From NCBI GenBank assembly GCA_965263035.1, contig OZ253580.1:736001-800000 (forward strand): a DNA stretch of 64,000 nucleotides, given 5' to 3'. The notes beneath the pieces are model-generated. The model saw only the letters and a program-made list of their open reading frames with translations. It had not been told where the DNA came from and did not search any database. A program made the position numbers and the translations under genes. Source of the stretch: Acidobacteriota bacterium (GTDB lineage Bacteria; Acidobacteriota; UBA6911; RPQK01; JAJDTT01). Shown here one piece after another: positions 1-9,685 of the stretch. Each line of letters starts with the position of its first letter. Position 1 is the stretch's first letter.

Positions 1-106
1 CGAGACCACCCTGCCCTTTCACCGAAGGTTGATCCGCCATCCCGACTTTCTGAGTGGGACCTATGGGACCTCATTCCTCGACGAATTCTCGGAAAAGACG
101 GCATGA
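1..106 (+). CDS. accC: Biotin carboxylase C-terminus (partial, cut by window start)
   Basis: The frame from nt 2 reads ETTLPFHRRLIRHPDFLSGTYGTSFLDEFSEKTA*, resembling the AccC C-terminal xTTIPFH..L..HPDF..G...T.FL pattern. Its TGA overlaps the next ATG (ATGA, 103-106). Confidence 0.7.
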   Translation, partial: ETTLPFHRRLIRHPDFLSGTYGTSFLDEFSEKTA

Positions 107-1449
107 GCGCACCCGCCGGGACCAACCAGAGAGGCTACTGGGGCTCCGGCCTCGGCTTCATCCTGGCTATGGTCGGCTCCGCCATCGGGCTCGGCAATAT
201 CTGGAGGTTCCCCACAGAGGCGGGACAGAACGGAGGAGGCGCCTTCGTTCTGGTCTATGTGATCGCCACCTTTCTGATCGGTGTCCCGGTCATGCTGGCC
301 GAGCTGGCGCTGGGCCGGAAGACCCAGAGAAATCCGGTCGGGGCCTACCGAAGCCTGGCTCCCGGGAGCGGCTGGGGACTGGCCGGAGGGCTCGGCGTCC
401 TCACCGGGTTGATCATCCTGAGCTATTACAGCGTGGTCGCGGGCTGGACGCTCAAGTACGTCTGGGTCGCAGTCAGCGGCTCCCTCCACGGCGCCACACC
501 GGAGGCCATCAGCGCGACGTTCACCCATTTCATCCAGGACCCGGTGGCGGTCCTCATCTGCCACCTGCTCTTCATGCTCATCACCATCCGGATTGTCCTG
601 GGGGGCATCCAGGGTGGGATCGAAAGGGCCTCCAAGATCCTCATGCCCGTGCTGTTCGGTCTGCTGCTCTTGCTGGTGGTCCGTTCATTGACGCTGCCGG
701 GAGCCTCCGAAGGCCTCAGCTTCTACCTCAAGCCCGATTTCGGAAAGCTGGATGTCGTGGTGATCCTGAAAGCCGTGAGTCAGGCCTTCTTCTCGCTGAG
801 CCTGGGAATGGGGGCGATCATCACCTATGGAAGCTACCTCTCCCCCAAGCAGGACCTGGTGTCGAGTGCCCTGTACGTGAGCTTCTTCGACTTTTTCATC
901 GCGTTCCTGGCCGGCTTGGCCATTTTCCCGGCACTCTTTTCCGTCCCGGGCCTAGCGCCCGACGTCGGACCGGGGCTGATCTTCGTGGTGCTCCCCAACA
1001 TCTTCAATACCATTCCCCTGGGAAATTTATTCGGAGCAGCGTTTTTCATATTGTTGGCCATCGCCGCGCTCACGTCCGCCATCTCCATGTTGGAGGTGGT
1101 CGTGGCATTCACCATTGACGAGTTCGGGTGGAGCCGCCGCCGAGCGGCAATCGGAGCCGGTAGCGTGATCTTCCTCCTGGGAATCCCCAGTGCGTTGGGA
1201 AACGGCGCCGTTCCGTTCTTTTCCGGAACCCTCGATTTCGCGAACCAATATTTTGGAGGGATGGCGTTGGTCGTGGGAGCTCTGCTGGTGAGTCTGTTCG
1301 TGGGCTGGAAGTGGGGTGTCGGGAACGCCGTCGAGGAGCTGGAGCGGGGCCGCGGCACTTTCCGCTTCGGAAAGGCGTGGGGGTTCCTGATCCGGTTCGT
1401 CTGCCCCCTGGCCATCCTCATGATCCTCTTTCAGATTCTCAGGGGATGA
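103..1449 (+). CDS. Sodium-dependent transporter, neurotransmitter:sodium symporter (NSS/SNF) family
   Basis: GSAIGLGNIWRFP...NGGGAF signature, QAFFSLSLG.G...TYGSY motif, many TM segments. Confidence 0.95.
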   Translation: MSAPAGTNQRGYWGSGLGFILAMVGSAIGLGNIWRFPTEAGQNGGGAFVLVYVIATFLIGVPVMLAELALGRKTQRNPVGAYRSLAPGSGWGLAGGLGVLTGLIILSYYSVVAGWTLKYVWVAVSGSLHGATPEAISATFTHFIQDPVAVLICHLLFMLITIRIVLGGIQGGIERASKILMPVLFGLLLLLVVRSLTLPGASEGLSFYLKPDFGKLDVVVILKAVSQAFFSLSLGMGAIITYGSYLSPKQDLVSSALYVSFFDFFIAFLAGLAIFPALFSVPGLAPDVGPGLIFVVLPNIFNTIPLGNLFGAAFFILLAIAALTSAISMLEVVVAFTIDEFGWSRRRAAIGAGSVIFLLGIPSALGNGAVPFFSGTLDFANQYFGGMALVVGALLVSLFVGWKWGVGNAVEELERGRGTFRFGKAWGFLIRFVCPLAILMILFQILRG

Positions 1450-1455
1450 GGCTCG

Positions 1456-2100
1456 ATGCTGAAGTCCCTGCCCGGTCCGCTCTACCCCATCACTCATTGC
1501 CCCAACTCGCAGGACTGGGATCATGTGAACTTCTCGCGCTGCCTGATCCGTTGCGGGATCCGGTTCTTTCAGGTCCGGGACAAGGCGCTTCCGGACCGTT
1601 GTTTCTACCGGCAACTCCTGAAGATCCGGCGCCTAAGTCGAGATGTGGGGGCCCGCTTCGTGGTCAATGACAGGGTGGATCTGGCTCTGGCGGTCGAGGC
1701 CGATGGAGTCCATCTGGGCCAGGACGATCTCCCGCCGGCGGCTGCCCGGCGACTCTTGGGAGAGGAGGCAGTCATCGGACTCTCCACCCACAATTGGGAC
1801 CAGTTCAGGAGGGGACTGGAGGAGCCTGTCGACTATCTTGCGCTGGGCCCCATTTTCCCAACCGGGACCAAGGAGGACGCGGCCCCCGTGCTGGGTCTGG
1901 AACTGCTGCGCAACGCCTCCGGCAACACCGATCTCCCCTTGGTCGCCATCGGTGGAATCTCGGTGGAAGAGGCCCCCGGTGTGTGGCAGTCAGGAGCCCG
2001 CTCGGTGGCGGTGATCTCCGATGTTGCGGGAGCCGAGAGCCCGGAGCGCCAGATTCGCGCCTACCTGGAACGGTCCGGGATACGGGTCAGGACGACATGA
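1456..2100 (+). CDS. thiE: Thiamine phosphate synthase
   Basis: QVRDK, VNDRVDLA, GVHLGQDD, IGLSTH, GPIFPTGTK and VAIGGI motifs. Confidence 0.92.
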   Translation: MLKSLPGPLYPITHCPNSQDWDHVNFSRCLIRCGIRFFQVRDKALPDRCFYRQLLKIRRLSRDVGARFVVNDRVDLALAVEADGVHLGQDDLPPAAARRLLGEEAVIGLSTHNWDQFRRGLEEPVDYLALGPIFPTGTKEDAAPVLGLELLRNASGNTDLPLVAIGGISVEEAPGVWQSGARSVAVISDVAGAESPERQIRAYLERSGIRVRTT

Positions 2101-2693
2101 ATCTCCTGTTGTTCGAATCACGTCGGGGCGCTGCGCTGCCCGTGTTGCAGCCATTGCCGAAAACGGCCATAGCGCAGCGCCGGAATCCAACCACGCGGTG
2201 GTCGAGGCTGCAAGATCAGATCCGCACAACTTACCGACGACTGGAAGAGCGCTTCGACTACGATGAAAGGCTCTGTTCGGCTCTCCGCCAGGTTCCCGAA
2301 CTGAAGGTGCACCACTCAACCCGCATGGACAGCGAGGCAGCAAGAAAACTGCTGCACCGCTTCTTTGCCAGGCAACGCCTGAAGCATTCCGCCTGGCTCA
2401 AGGTGGACGTGGTCCTCGCCGGTCTGGGCAGCCTCCTCACTCCCATTCCAGGACCCAACGTCTTTTTCTTCTATCCGGCCATCCGAGCATTCGGCCACTA
2501 TACGGCGCTCAGGGGAGTGCGGGACCCTGGAAGGCTGGACCGGGCATCGTTCAGGCCGGAGCCCTTGATCGACCAAGTCCAGATGAACATTGACCAGATC
2601 GAGAAACTCCGTCCGCTACTGGTCCAGTTGGAGCAACGATACCACCTGACCGACCTGGAACGGCGCCTCTTTTCCAGAGGCGCCCGGCGCTGA
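2097..2693 (+). CDS. Hypothetical protein resembling the mitochondrial K+/H+ exchange-related (Mit_KHE1) family
   Basis: ATG 2097 overlaps the thiE stop (ATGA). Contains H.AWL...LLTPIPGPNVFFFYPAIRAFGHYTALRG. Confidence 0.6.
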   Translation: MNLLLFESRRGAALPVLQPLPKTAIAQRRNPTTRWSRLQDQIRTTYRRLEERFDYDERLCSALRQVPELKVHHSTRMDSEAARKLLHRFFARQRLKHSAWLKVDVVLAGLGSLLTPIPGPNVFFFYPAIRAFGHYTALRGVRDPGRLDRASFRPEPLIDQVQMNIDQIEKLRPLLVQLEQRYHLTDLERRLFSRGARR

Positions 2694-2739
2694 CTTCCGG
2701 CGGCGGTTTCCGGTCTTCTGTCTGGGATCCGGGGTTTTC

Positions 2740-3828
2740 TCAGCGGGGGACCAGACATCCGTCCAACAGGACATCCTGACCCAGTCTCCTGACCTTGAGA
2801 CCGGACACGCTGAGGGCATCGGCGAGGCGGTCGACCTTGAGTTCTCCCACTCCCGGGATGCCCCTGCTGCCGAGAATCTTGGGGCCATAGTAGAAGTGGA
2901 GTCGCTGGACAACGCCTTCCTGCAGGGACGATCCGGCGACCCGGCCGCCTCCCTCGATGATGAGACTGGTGATGGAATCCGTGCCCAGAGACTCCAGCAC
3001 CGCCGGCCAGGAGAGAAACGGCCCGCTTCGCGGGACCCGCACCAGACGGGCCAAGCTTGCAAGGGGACTTTCGGGCGGACATGGACAACTATGAAATATC
3101 CATACGGGATCACCCGAGTGGAAGAGTCTGGAACTCACCGGGGTCCGTAGTTGAGAGTCCAGAATCACCTTCCGGGTCCGCTTCCTCAGCCTCCACCGGA
3201 CGTCCAGGGAGGGGTCGTCCGCGAGGACGGTCTCTACTCCCACCAGAACGGCGTCATAGAGAAAACGGTGACGGTGCACGTGCTGCCTCGCCTTCTCGCC
3301 CGTGATCCACTTGGAATCACCTCCCGGCGCAGCGATCCTGCCATCCAGCGTGAGAGCCAACTTGAGCAGGCAGAAGGGTCTCCGGTGTTGGAGGAAAAAG
3401 AAGAAGGCTTCGTTGAGCCGGCGCGCCTCTTCGCCACACAGCCCCTCATGGACCCGAATTCCGTGGGAACGAAGGTAGCGCACCCCTTTGCCCGCCACGT
3501 GGGGCGAGGGGTCGGTCACGGCCACGAAGACCTCCTGGATCCCAGCTTCGGCGACTCTCTGCATGCAGGGAGGCGTCCGGCCCCAATGGGCACAGGGTTC
3601 CAAGGTGACGTACAGCGTGGCTCCTCGGGCGCGGCTTCCGGCCCGGTCCAGAGCGACCACCTCGGCGTGATGGAGTTTCTGATAGAGATGATAGCCCTCG
3701 CCCACGATCTGACCGTCCCGCACGACAACTGCTCCCACCATGGGGTTGGGACTCACCCGGCCGGCACCTCTCCGGGCAAGCTGGAGAGCGCGGCGCATGA
3801 AGCGGAGGTCAGCGGAGGAGGCAGGCAT
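2740..3828 (-). CDS. ribD: Riboflavin biosynthesis bifunctional deaminase/reductase
   Basis: PNPMVGAV, HAE, TLEPCAHWGRTPPC, LDGRIA...SKWIT and IEGGG motifs. Confidence 0.96.
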   Translation of the reverse strand: MPASSADLRFMRRALQLARRGAGRVSPNPMVGAVVVRDGQIVGEGYHLYQKLHHAEVVALDRAGSRARGATLYVTLEPCAHWGRTPPCMQRVAEAGIQEVFVAVTDPSPHVAGKGVRYLRSHGIRVHEGLCGEEARRLNEAFFFFLQHRRPFCLLKLALTLDGRIAAPGGDSKWITGEKARQHVHRHRFLYDAVLVGVETVLADDPSLDVRWRLRKRTRKVILDSQLRTPVSSRLFHSGDPVWIFHSCPCPPESPLASLARLVRVPRSGPFLSWPAVLESLGTDSITSLIIEGGGRVAGSSLQEGVVQRLHFYYGPKILGSRGIPGVGELKVDRLADALSVSGLKVRRLGQDVLLDGCLVPR

Positions 3829-3889
3829 GGGGTGTTGTCACCGGTCCTTCATCATTCACGGCAGCCCGCGGCGAGAATCACCGGCGCGA

Positions 3890-5164
3890 TCAGGGAAAAC
3901 CGGCCCGGGTTTCCGTCAACGCCAAACGGATTCGCAGGGTGTTGATCTTTCTCTGATCGGCGGTGAGAACCTCGACTGGGATGCCGTTGATGTCGGTGGT
4001 CTCGCCCGGATGCGGAACCCGGCCCATCTGGGAGACGACGACGCCCGAAACCGTCGTAAAGGGGGTATTTCCCAGGCTCAGACCCAAAGCCTTCTCCAGA
4101 TTCTCGATCTCGGCCGCACCCCGGACGATGTAGCTCCCTTCCCCCTCTGAAATCAGATCCACCAACTGCAACTCGTCTTCATCTCGAATCTCGCCCACGA
4201 TCTCCTCGATCAGGTCCTCGATGCTCACCAGTCCACTGACCGCCCCGTACTCGTTGATGACGATGGCAATGTGCTCGGCGCTCCTTTGCATCTCCCGAAA
4301 CAGGTCCGCCACCTTCTTGGTCTCAGGAACGAACAACGGAGGCGTCATCAGCAGCGTCACCGGTTCGTCACCACTTTCCGCGTTGAGGTAGGAGAGCAGA
4401 TTCCGCACGTAGACGACGCCCACGATGTCATCCAGGCCCTTTCGATAGACCGGAATTCGGGAATGCTTCCGGGAGACGATGAGATCCCGCATCTCGGAGA
4501 CGGTCGTGGTCTGGGAAGTCGCCACGACCTGGGTGCGGGGAGTCATGATCTCCCTGACCCGAGTGTTCCCGAACTCCAGCGCCGAAAGGATGAGGTCACC
4601 CTCCCGGCCCTCGATGATCCCCTCCTCCTCACCGACATCCACGTAGGCTTCAAACTCGCCTTCCGTCGATTCTTCCTCCTGGCCTCCCGTTTGGTCACCG
4701 TTGGCGGACGTGCGTTCGAAAGGCTTGAGCAAGGACGCCATGGGACGACTGATCCATGCCATGAAGGGATAACACCGGGAAAGCACCGGCACCAGGCGAA
4801 GCAGTGCCTGTTCCGGGTACCGGGTCGCCATGATGGGAATCGCCAGCAGAACCAACACAAAGGCCGGCAGAACCACCAGCAGCGCCCACCATGCGCCCTG
4901 AATCGGCCGGAGCTCAAGGAAGAATCCGGTGGCGAAAACGACGAGTGTGACCTGAATACACAGGAGCACGAGGCGAACCGGAAGCAGGAAACGGCTCCGG
5001 TCCGAGGTGATGATCCCCACGAGACCCGGTTCCTGAGACGACTCCCGCTTCGAAAGTATCCTGAGAGTCAGGCGGGAGATTCGAATGACGGCAGTCTCAA
5101 CCACCGAGAGAAAGAGGAGAATCAGAAGAGAGAGCGCCAACAACAGGGCGACCGCCCAACTCAA
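3890..5164 (-). CDS. CNNM/CorC-HlyC family membrane protein with CBS pair
   Basis: N-terminal TM helices, VREIMTPR, HSRIPVY, EYGAVSGLVSIEDLIEEIVGEIRDE, C-terminal CorC domain. Confidence 0.92.
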   Translation of the reverse strand: MSWAVALLLALSLLILLFLSVVETAVIRISRLTLRILSKRESSQEPGLVGIITSDRSRFLLPVRLVLLCIQVTLVVFATGFFLELRPIQGAWWALLVVLPAFVLVLLAIPIMATRYPEQALLRLVPVLSRCYPFMAWISRPMASLLKPFERTSANGDQTGGQEEESTEGEFEAYVDVGEEEGIIEGREGDLILSALEFGNTRVREIMTPRTQVVATSQTTTVSEMRDLIVSRKHSRIPVYRKGLDDIVGVVYVRNLLSYLNAESGDEPVTLLMTPPLFVPETKKVADLFREMQRSAEHIAIVINEYGAVSGLVSIEDLIEEIVGEIRDEDELQLVDLISEGEGSYIVRGAAEIENLEKALGLSLGNTPFTTVSGVVVSQMGRVPHPGETTDINGIPVEVLTADQRKINTLRIRLALTETRAGFP

Positions 5165-5574
5165 AGAAGTTGAAACTCCCTTCTCAGCTGCACTTCCATT
5201 GATTCCATTTCACCTGAGTCGATCTCATGGTCATACCCCATGAGATGAAGAAGACCATGGAGAGCCAACACCTTCAATTCCGTCTGCAGACTTTTGCGGC
5301 GCTGCCGGCCGGCTGTTTCCACTGAAATCAGGATATCACCCAGGTAGGACTCCTCTCCCATGGGGAATGCGAGCACGTCCGTCGGTTCGGGCACTCCCCG
5401 GTAGCGACGGTTGTAAAGCCGGATTCCGCGGTCGCTGACGAGGACGGTCGAGAACTCCGCTTCGACTCCCAGTCTATGAGCAAGACGGCCCAAGAACTCC
5501 TCAAGACGCCGGGTCTCAACCAGGACCTTTTTCTGCCTATTGAATACGTGGATGTGGGAGTTGCTCTTCCGCAA
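5161..5574 (-). CDS. ybeY: rRNA maturation RNase YbeY (start uncertain; TTG 5574 chosen)
   Basis: NRRYRG...PTDVLAF, LGDILIS and the HGLLHLMGYDH zinc motif. Confidence 0.92.
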   Translation of the reverse strand: MRKSNSHIHVFNRQKKVLVETRRLEEFLGRLAHRLGVEAEFSTVLVSDRGIRLYNRRYRGVPEPTDVLAFPMGEESYLGDILISVETAGRQRRKSLQTELKVLALHGLLHLMGYDHEIDSGEMESMEVQLRREFQLL

Positions 5575-7906
5575 TACGCTTGTTGAACCCGAATCCGGGG
5601 TACTCCACCCGATGGTGATACATGCCCCCGAGGACCCTTTCGAAGGCGGTTCCGATCCGGCCCAACTCCTTGATGGTGACGTCACACTCGTCGAACTGTC
5701 CGTCCTCGATGGTGGCCTGGGTCAAACGCTGGATCATGCTCCGGATCTGTCCCGGCCCCGGATCTTCCAGGGTGCGCGAAGCCGCCTCCACCTGGTCGGC
5801 CAACATGAGGACCGCCGCCTCTCGACTCTGCGGTTTGGGGCCAGGATAGCGAAACTCACTTTCGCTGACATCCATGCCCTTTGGCCGGGCGGCCTCCTTG
5901 GCCTTCTCGTAGAAGTACTTCATCACGCGGGTCCCATGGTGCTGCGGAATGAGGTCCCGGACCTTGGGAAGCAGCTTGATCTCGTCGGCGATGGCGAGTC
6001 CGTCCTTCACGTGACTGCCCAGGATGAGACTGGACATGCTCGGAGTCAGGTTGTCGTGCTTGTTGCCGGTGTAGATCTGGTTCTCGACGTAGTATTCGGG
6101 TGCCTTGAGCTTGCCGATGTCGTGGTAGTAGGCACCCACTCGAACCAGGAGATTGTTGGCTCCGATGGCTTCGGCTCCCGCTTCGGCCAGGGTGCCGACG
6201 GTGATGCTGTGGTGATACGTTCCCGGGGCTTCCAGGGCCAGACGCCGCAGGACGGGGTTGTTCAGATTCGAGAGCTCAAGCAGGCGAACGTCGGTGGTGA
6301 TCCGGAAAAAGGACTCCAGTATCGGGAGCAGCAGGGAAGCCAACATGGCGGCCAAGACCCCACTCAGGAGTCCGCTGGCTGAACGCAGAGCAAAGAGCAA
6401 CCAATCGAATCCCGCCTCCATGGAAAAAAGCTGATAACCCAAGGCGATCGCGACGTTGACCAGACCGATGATCAGACCGGCCCGGGTGACGACCGAACGC
6501 TCCCGATACTGGTCCAGGGCATAGATGGCCGCCAGCGAACCGGCCAGGGTGTAGATGACCATGAGACCTTCGCCCGTCATGAGTCCGACGAAGACCGCGA
6601 AGGTCAGGGCGTAGAAAACGGTCAGTGGAACGTTGGTCAAAAGAACGGCGATGATGGCGCCGGTCGCCGTGGGCACCACAAGATAGAAATCCACGGGGTT
6701 CCGGAATCTCTCGAACCCGATCCCCTCCACCAAAAAGTCTGCGAAAACCACAAAGACCTTGCAGACCACCAGCGTGGAAAGGAGCACCAGCGACAACAGG
6801 ACATGGTACCTGGGCGCCTCCGCCTTCCCCTCTCTCGCCATGACGGCATAGTGGCCCAGAGCGAACAGGAAGAACCCGACCATGATCAGGATCCCGAAGA
6901 ACTTCCCCGCAACCCTGCGCGGTTGCTTGATGCTCTTGAGACCGTTGAGCAACAGGATTTCCCGGGCCCCGACCTCGTCGCCGCTCCGGACGAGGGTACG
7001 GCCCTTACGGACCTGGACCAGAACCTGATTCACTTCTTCGGACGCCAAATTCTCCAAGTCTCGGGTGGCTCTCTCGTTGAAGCTGACATTGGGAACCACC
7101 CACGTATCCAGGAAGCTGATGACCCGCTTCTTGGCCAGCCGACCCACCGCCGTCAGTTCGTATTCGTTCTGCCGCAGGACGTCCCGAGCCTGCCCCAGAT
7201 CCCGAATCGCGATCCAATCGTCCAAGGGTTCCTGCCGGCCGGTGATGGCATTCTGGAGAATGATTCCCCGGTCGCGATAGAGAAGGAGAATCTGGCGATT
7301 GAGAATGACCCCCGGAGATTTCATCGATTCCCGGAGCACCGCCAGCATCTGGTCTTCCAGTTCGGAGGAGAAAGCCTGTGCGAGACAGATCTCCAGCACT
7401 TTGCCCTGGGCAAACCGGGGGAGGGCGTGGCTCAACTCGGAAAGCAGCTCGGCTTTCGCCCGCTTGGGGAAAGACCGTCTGTCCCCCAGTTGGTACCGCG
7501 TCCGGACGGCCGAGATAATTCGCCGGGCATCGGCAAATGCACTCTTCAACTCCGATTCCAGACGATGGTTGACGGTGAGGTCCAGATCGAACACACCGGG
7601 GACGCCCTGGATGATCTCCCGCTTCTTCTCATCGGTCGCCTCCAGGTCCACCACCTGGAAGTCGCGGGGCGCTTCGATGGTCCGATCAGCAATGACGCCC
7701 GCTTTGTAGCCGGGAATGGATTGGAACTGATAACCGGCCAGGACACCGGCGACCACTACGGACAGAATCAGGCCGGCCGAAAGCTGCAGCATCGTCAGTT
7801 GGCCCAATATGCTTTGGCGCCAATGCTTGAGGCCGAGAAACCGCCTCATCAGCAGGCTTCTCCGGCTGGAGCCGCTGACCGTCTTCGCACTCCTTCTAAA
7901 TTCCAT
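5537..7906 (-). CDS. 7TM-HD family membrane phosphohydrolase (PgpH-like)
   Basis: Extracellular domain, 7 TM segments, EAPGTYHHS, YYHDIGK, HHGT, FRYPGPKPQ and MLAD motifs. Sits upstream of ybeY as is usual. Confidence 0.92.
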   Translation of the reverse strand: MEFRRSAKTVSGSSRRSLLMRRFLGLKHWRQSILGQLTMLQLSAGLILSVVVAGVLAGYQFQSIPGYKAGVIADRTIEAPRDFQVVDLEATDEKKREIIQGVPGVFDLDLTVNHRLESELKSAFADARRIISAVRTRYQLGDRRSFPKRAKAELLSELSHALPRFAQGKVLEICLAQAFSSELEDQMLAVLRESMKSPGVILNRQILLLYRDRGIILQNAITGRQEPLDDWIAIRDLGQARDVLRQNEYELTAVGRLAKKRVISFLDTWVVPNVSFNERATRDLENLASEEVNQVLVQVRKGRTLVRSGDEVGAREILLLNGLKSIKQPRRVAGKFFGILIMVGFFLFALGHYAVMAREGKAEAPRYHVLLSLVLLSTLVVCKVFVVFADFLVEGIGFERFRNPVDFYLVVPTATGAIIAVLLTNVPLTVFYALTFAVFVGLMTGEGLMVIYTLAGSLAAIYALDQYRERSVVTRAGLIIGLVNVAIALGYQLFSMEAGFDWLLFALRSASGLLSGVLAAMLASLLLPILESFFRITTDVRLLELSNLNNPVLRRLALEAPGTYHHSITVGTLAEAGAEAIGANNLLVRVGAYYHDIGKLKAPEYYVENQIYTGNKHDNLTPSMSSLILGSHVKDGLAIADEIKLLPKVRDLIPQHHGTRVMKYFYEKAKEAARPKGMDVSESEFRYPGPKPQSREAAVLMLADQVEAASRTLEDPGPGQIRSMIQRLTQATIEDGQFDECDVTIKELGRIGTAFERVLGGMYHHRVEYPGFGFNKRIAEEQLPHPRIQ

Positions 7907-8020
7907 GGAAGAGTCCGGAACCGGAACGGTCTCCGAGCGGAATGAAATGGACTCGACTCACGGTCGCATTTCCCCACGCCGGCCTTTTCATCCGCCGATT
8001 CTCCTCAAGAACAAGCCTAT

Positions 8021-9262
8021 TCAAGAATCGTGCCGCTTGAACAGCAGGCAGGCATTGGTTCCCCCAAAGCCGAAAGAATTGGACATAGCATACCGAATAT
8101 CCGTCTTCCGTGCCTGGTGAGGAACATAATCCAGATCACAGTCCGGATCGGAGTTTTCCAGGTTGATGGTGGGAGGAATGATCTGATCCTTCAGGGTCTG
8201 CACCACGATTCCGCCTTCCAATCCGCCGGCCGCTCCCAGTAGATGGCCGGTCATGGACTTCGTGGCGCTGACCGCCAGCTGACGGGCATGATCTCCGAAG
8301 ACCGTCTTGATCGCCAGGGTCTCGATCCGATCGTTTGGAAGCGTGCTGGTTCCGTGGGCATTGATGTAGTCCACTTCCTCGGGAGAGACCCGGGCGTCTT
8401 CCAGGGTCTTCCTCATGGCTCGGGCGGCACCCGACCCATCTTCCGGGGGAGCCGTGATGTGATAAGCGTCGCCGCTCATGCCGTAACCCACGACTTCGGC
8501 CAGGATTTCGGCGCCGCGTTTGCGTGCCTGTTCCATCTCCTCCAGAACCAGGATTCCGGCCCCTTCGCCCATGACGAATCCGTCCCGCTGGAGATCAAAC
8601 GGGCGGCTGGCCTTCTCAGGAGCGTCATTGCGCTTCGAGAGGGCCCTCATGGCGGAGAAGCCGCCCATGCCCATAGGGGTGATCGCAGCCTCCGTCCCGC
8701 CGGCAATCATGACGTCGGTCTCGCCCCGTTGAATCATGCGGAAGGAGTCCCCAAGTGCATGGGACCCGGCTGAACAGGCGGTGCAGGTGGCTGAATTGGG
8801 TCCCATGGCCCCGTGCCGAATGGAGACTTGGCCCGCCGCCAAATTCACGATGGTTGAGGGAATGAAGAAGGGGGAGATCCGGCGTGGCCCTCGGGCCAGG
8901 AAATTGTTGTGCTCCCGCTCGATGATGCCGAAGCCGCCGATACCCGAACCAATGAAAACCCCGACCTCCTCGCCGTTCTCGGGTGTGATCTCGAGACCCG
9001 AGGCATGCACGGCGTAATCACTGGCCGAAATGGCGTATTGAATGAAAAGGTCCATTTTCCGGACCTCCTTGACGCTCAGATAGCGGAGGGGATCGAAGCC
9101 CTTGACCTCGGCGGCAATCTTGGTTGGGAACAAGGAAGTGTCGAACCGGGTCACGTACCCGACACCACTCCGTCCCTGAAGCAACGCCTCCCAGGTGTCG
9201 GCCGTGTCCAGACCGACAGGCGAAACCATCCCTACGCCCGTTACCGCGACCCTTCTCTTCAA
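8021..9262 (-). CDS. fabF: 3-oxoacyl-ACP synthase II
   Basis: TACSAG, INAHGTST, KSMTGHLLGAAG, SNSFGFGGTN. Confidence 0.97.
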   Translation of the reverse strand: MKRRVAVTGVGMVSPVGLDTADTWEALLQGRSGVGYVTRFDTSLFPTKIAAEVKGFDPLRYLSVKEVRKMDLFIQYAISASDYAVHASGLEITPENGEEVGVFIGSGIGGFGIIEREHNNFLARGPRRISPFFIPSTIVNLAAGQVSIRHGAMGPNSATCTACSAGSHALGDSFRMIQRGETDVMIAGGTEAAITPMGMGGFSAMRALSKRNDAPEKASRPFDLQRDGFVMGEGAGILVLEEMEQARKRGAEILAEVVGYGMSGDAYHITAPPEDGSGAARAMRKTLEDARVSPEEVDYINAHGTSTLPNDRIETLAIKTVFGDHARQLAVSATKSMTGHLLGAAGGLEGGIVVQTLKDQIIPPTINLENSDPDCDLDYVPHQARKTDIRYAMSNSFGFGGTNACLLFKRHDS

Positions 9263-9310
9263 GCTGCCGTCGCTCCCAAAGTGCCCGTCGGAGTTTTAAT
9301 TATAAGGGAG

Positions 9311-9547
9311 TCACTTCTGTTGAGCGTCGATGTAGTCTACGGCGTCGCGGACGGTTCGGATCTTTTCCGCGTCTTCGTCGGGTATTTCCAGCTCGAAGTC
9401 CTCTTCGAACTTCATCACCAACTCAACCGTGTCCAGCGAGTCGGCGCCCAAATCCTCGACGAAGCGAGCATCGGCAATCACATCCGAATCGCTGACGCCA
9501 AGCTGGTCCACAATGATCGATTTCACCTGTTCCTCGACCGATGACAT
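9311..9547 (-). CDS. acpP: Acyl carrier protein
   Basis: [14 protein letters not shown] phosphopantetheine motif; GGAGGAG SD before ATG 9547. Confidence 0.97.
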   Translation of the reverse strand: MSSVEEQVKSIIVDQLGVSDSDVIADARFVEDLGADSLDTVELVMKFEEDFELEIPDEDAEKIRTVRDAVDYIDAQQK

Positions 9548-9621
9548 AGCTCCTCCATTCATGTTTCCGATGATGATCGACTACGCGTTATCCTCGACCG
9601 ATGACGTGGCTCCTCCATTCA
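9511..9621 (-). repeat. Imperfect direct repeat (60-bp period) of the acpP SD and 5' end
   Basis: 9531-9561 tcctcgaccgatgacatagctcctccattca vs 9591-9621 tcctcgaccgatgacgtggctcctccattca are 29/31 identical. A shared atgatcga is also present at 9513 and 9573. Confidence 0.9.
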
Positions 9622-9685
9622 CAAAGCCAATGGGGACCCCTGGCACCGGGCCCGCGCCGGATACGGCGCGCAAGCTACGAGTGAA

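Noticed and set aside
3890-7906. 7TM-HD/ybeY/corC cluster as a novel signalling system
   Set aside because: This is a widely conserved, known gene neighbourhood.
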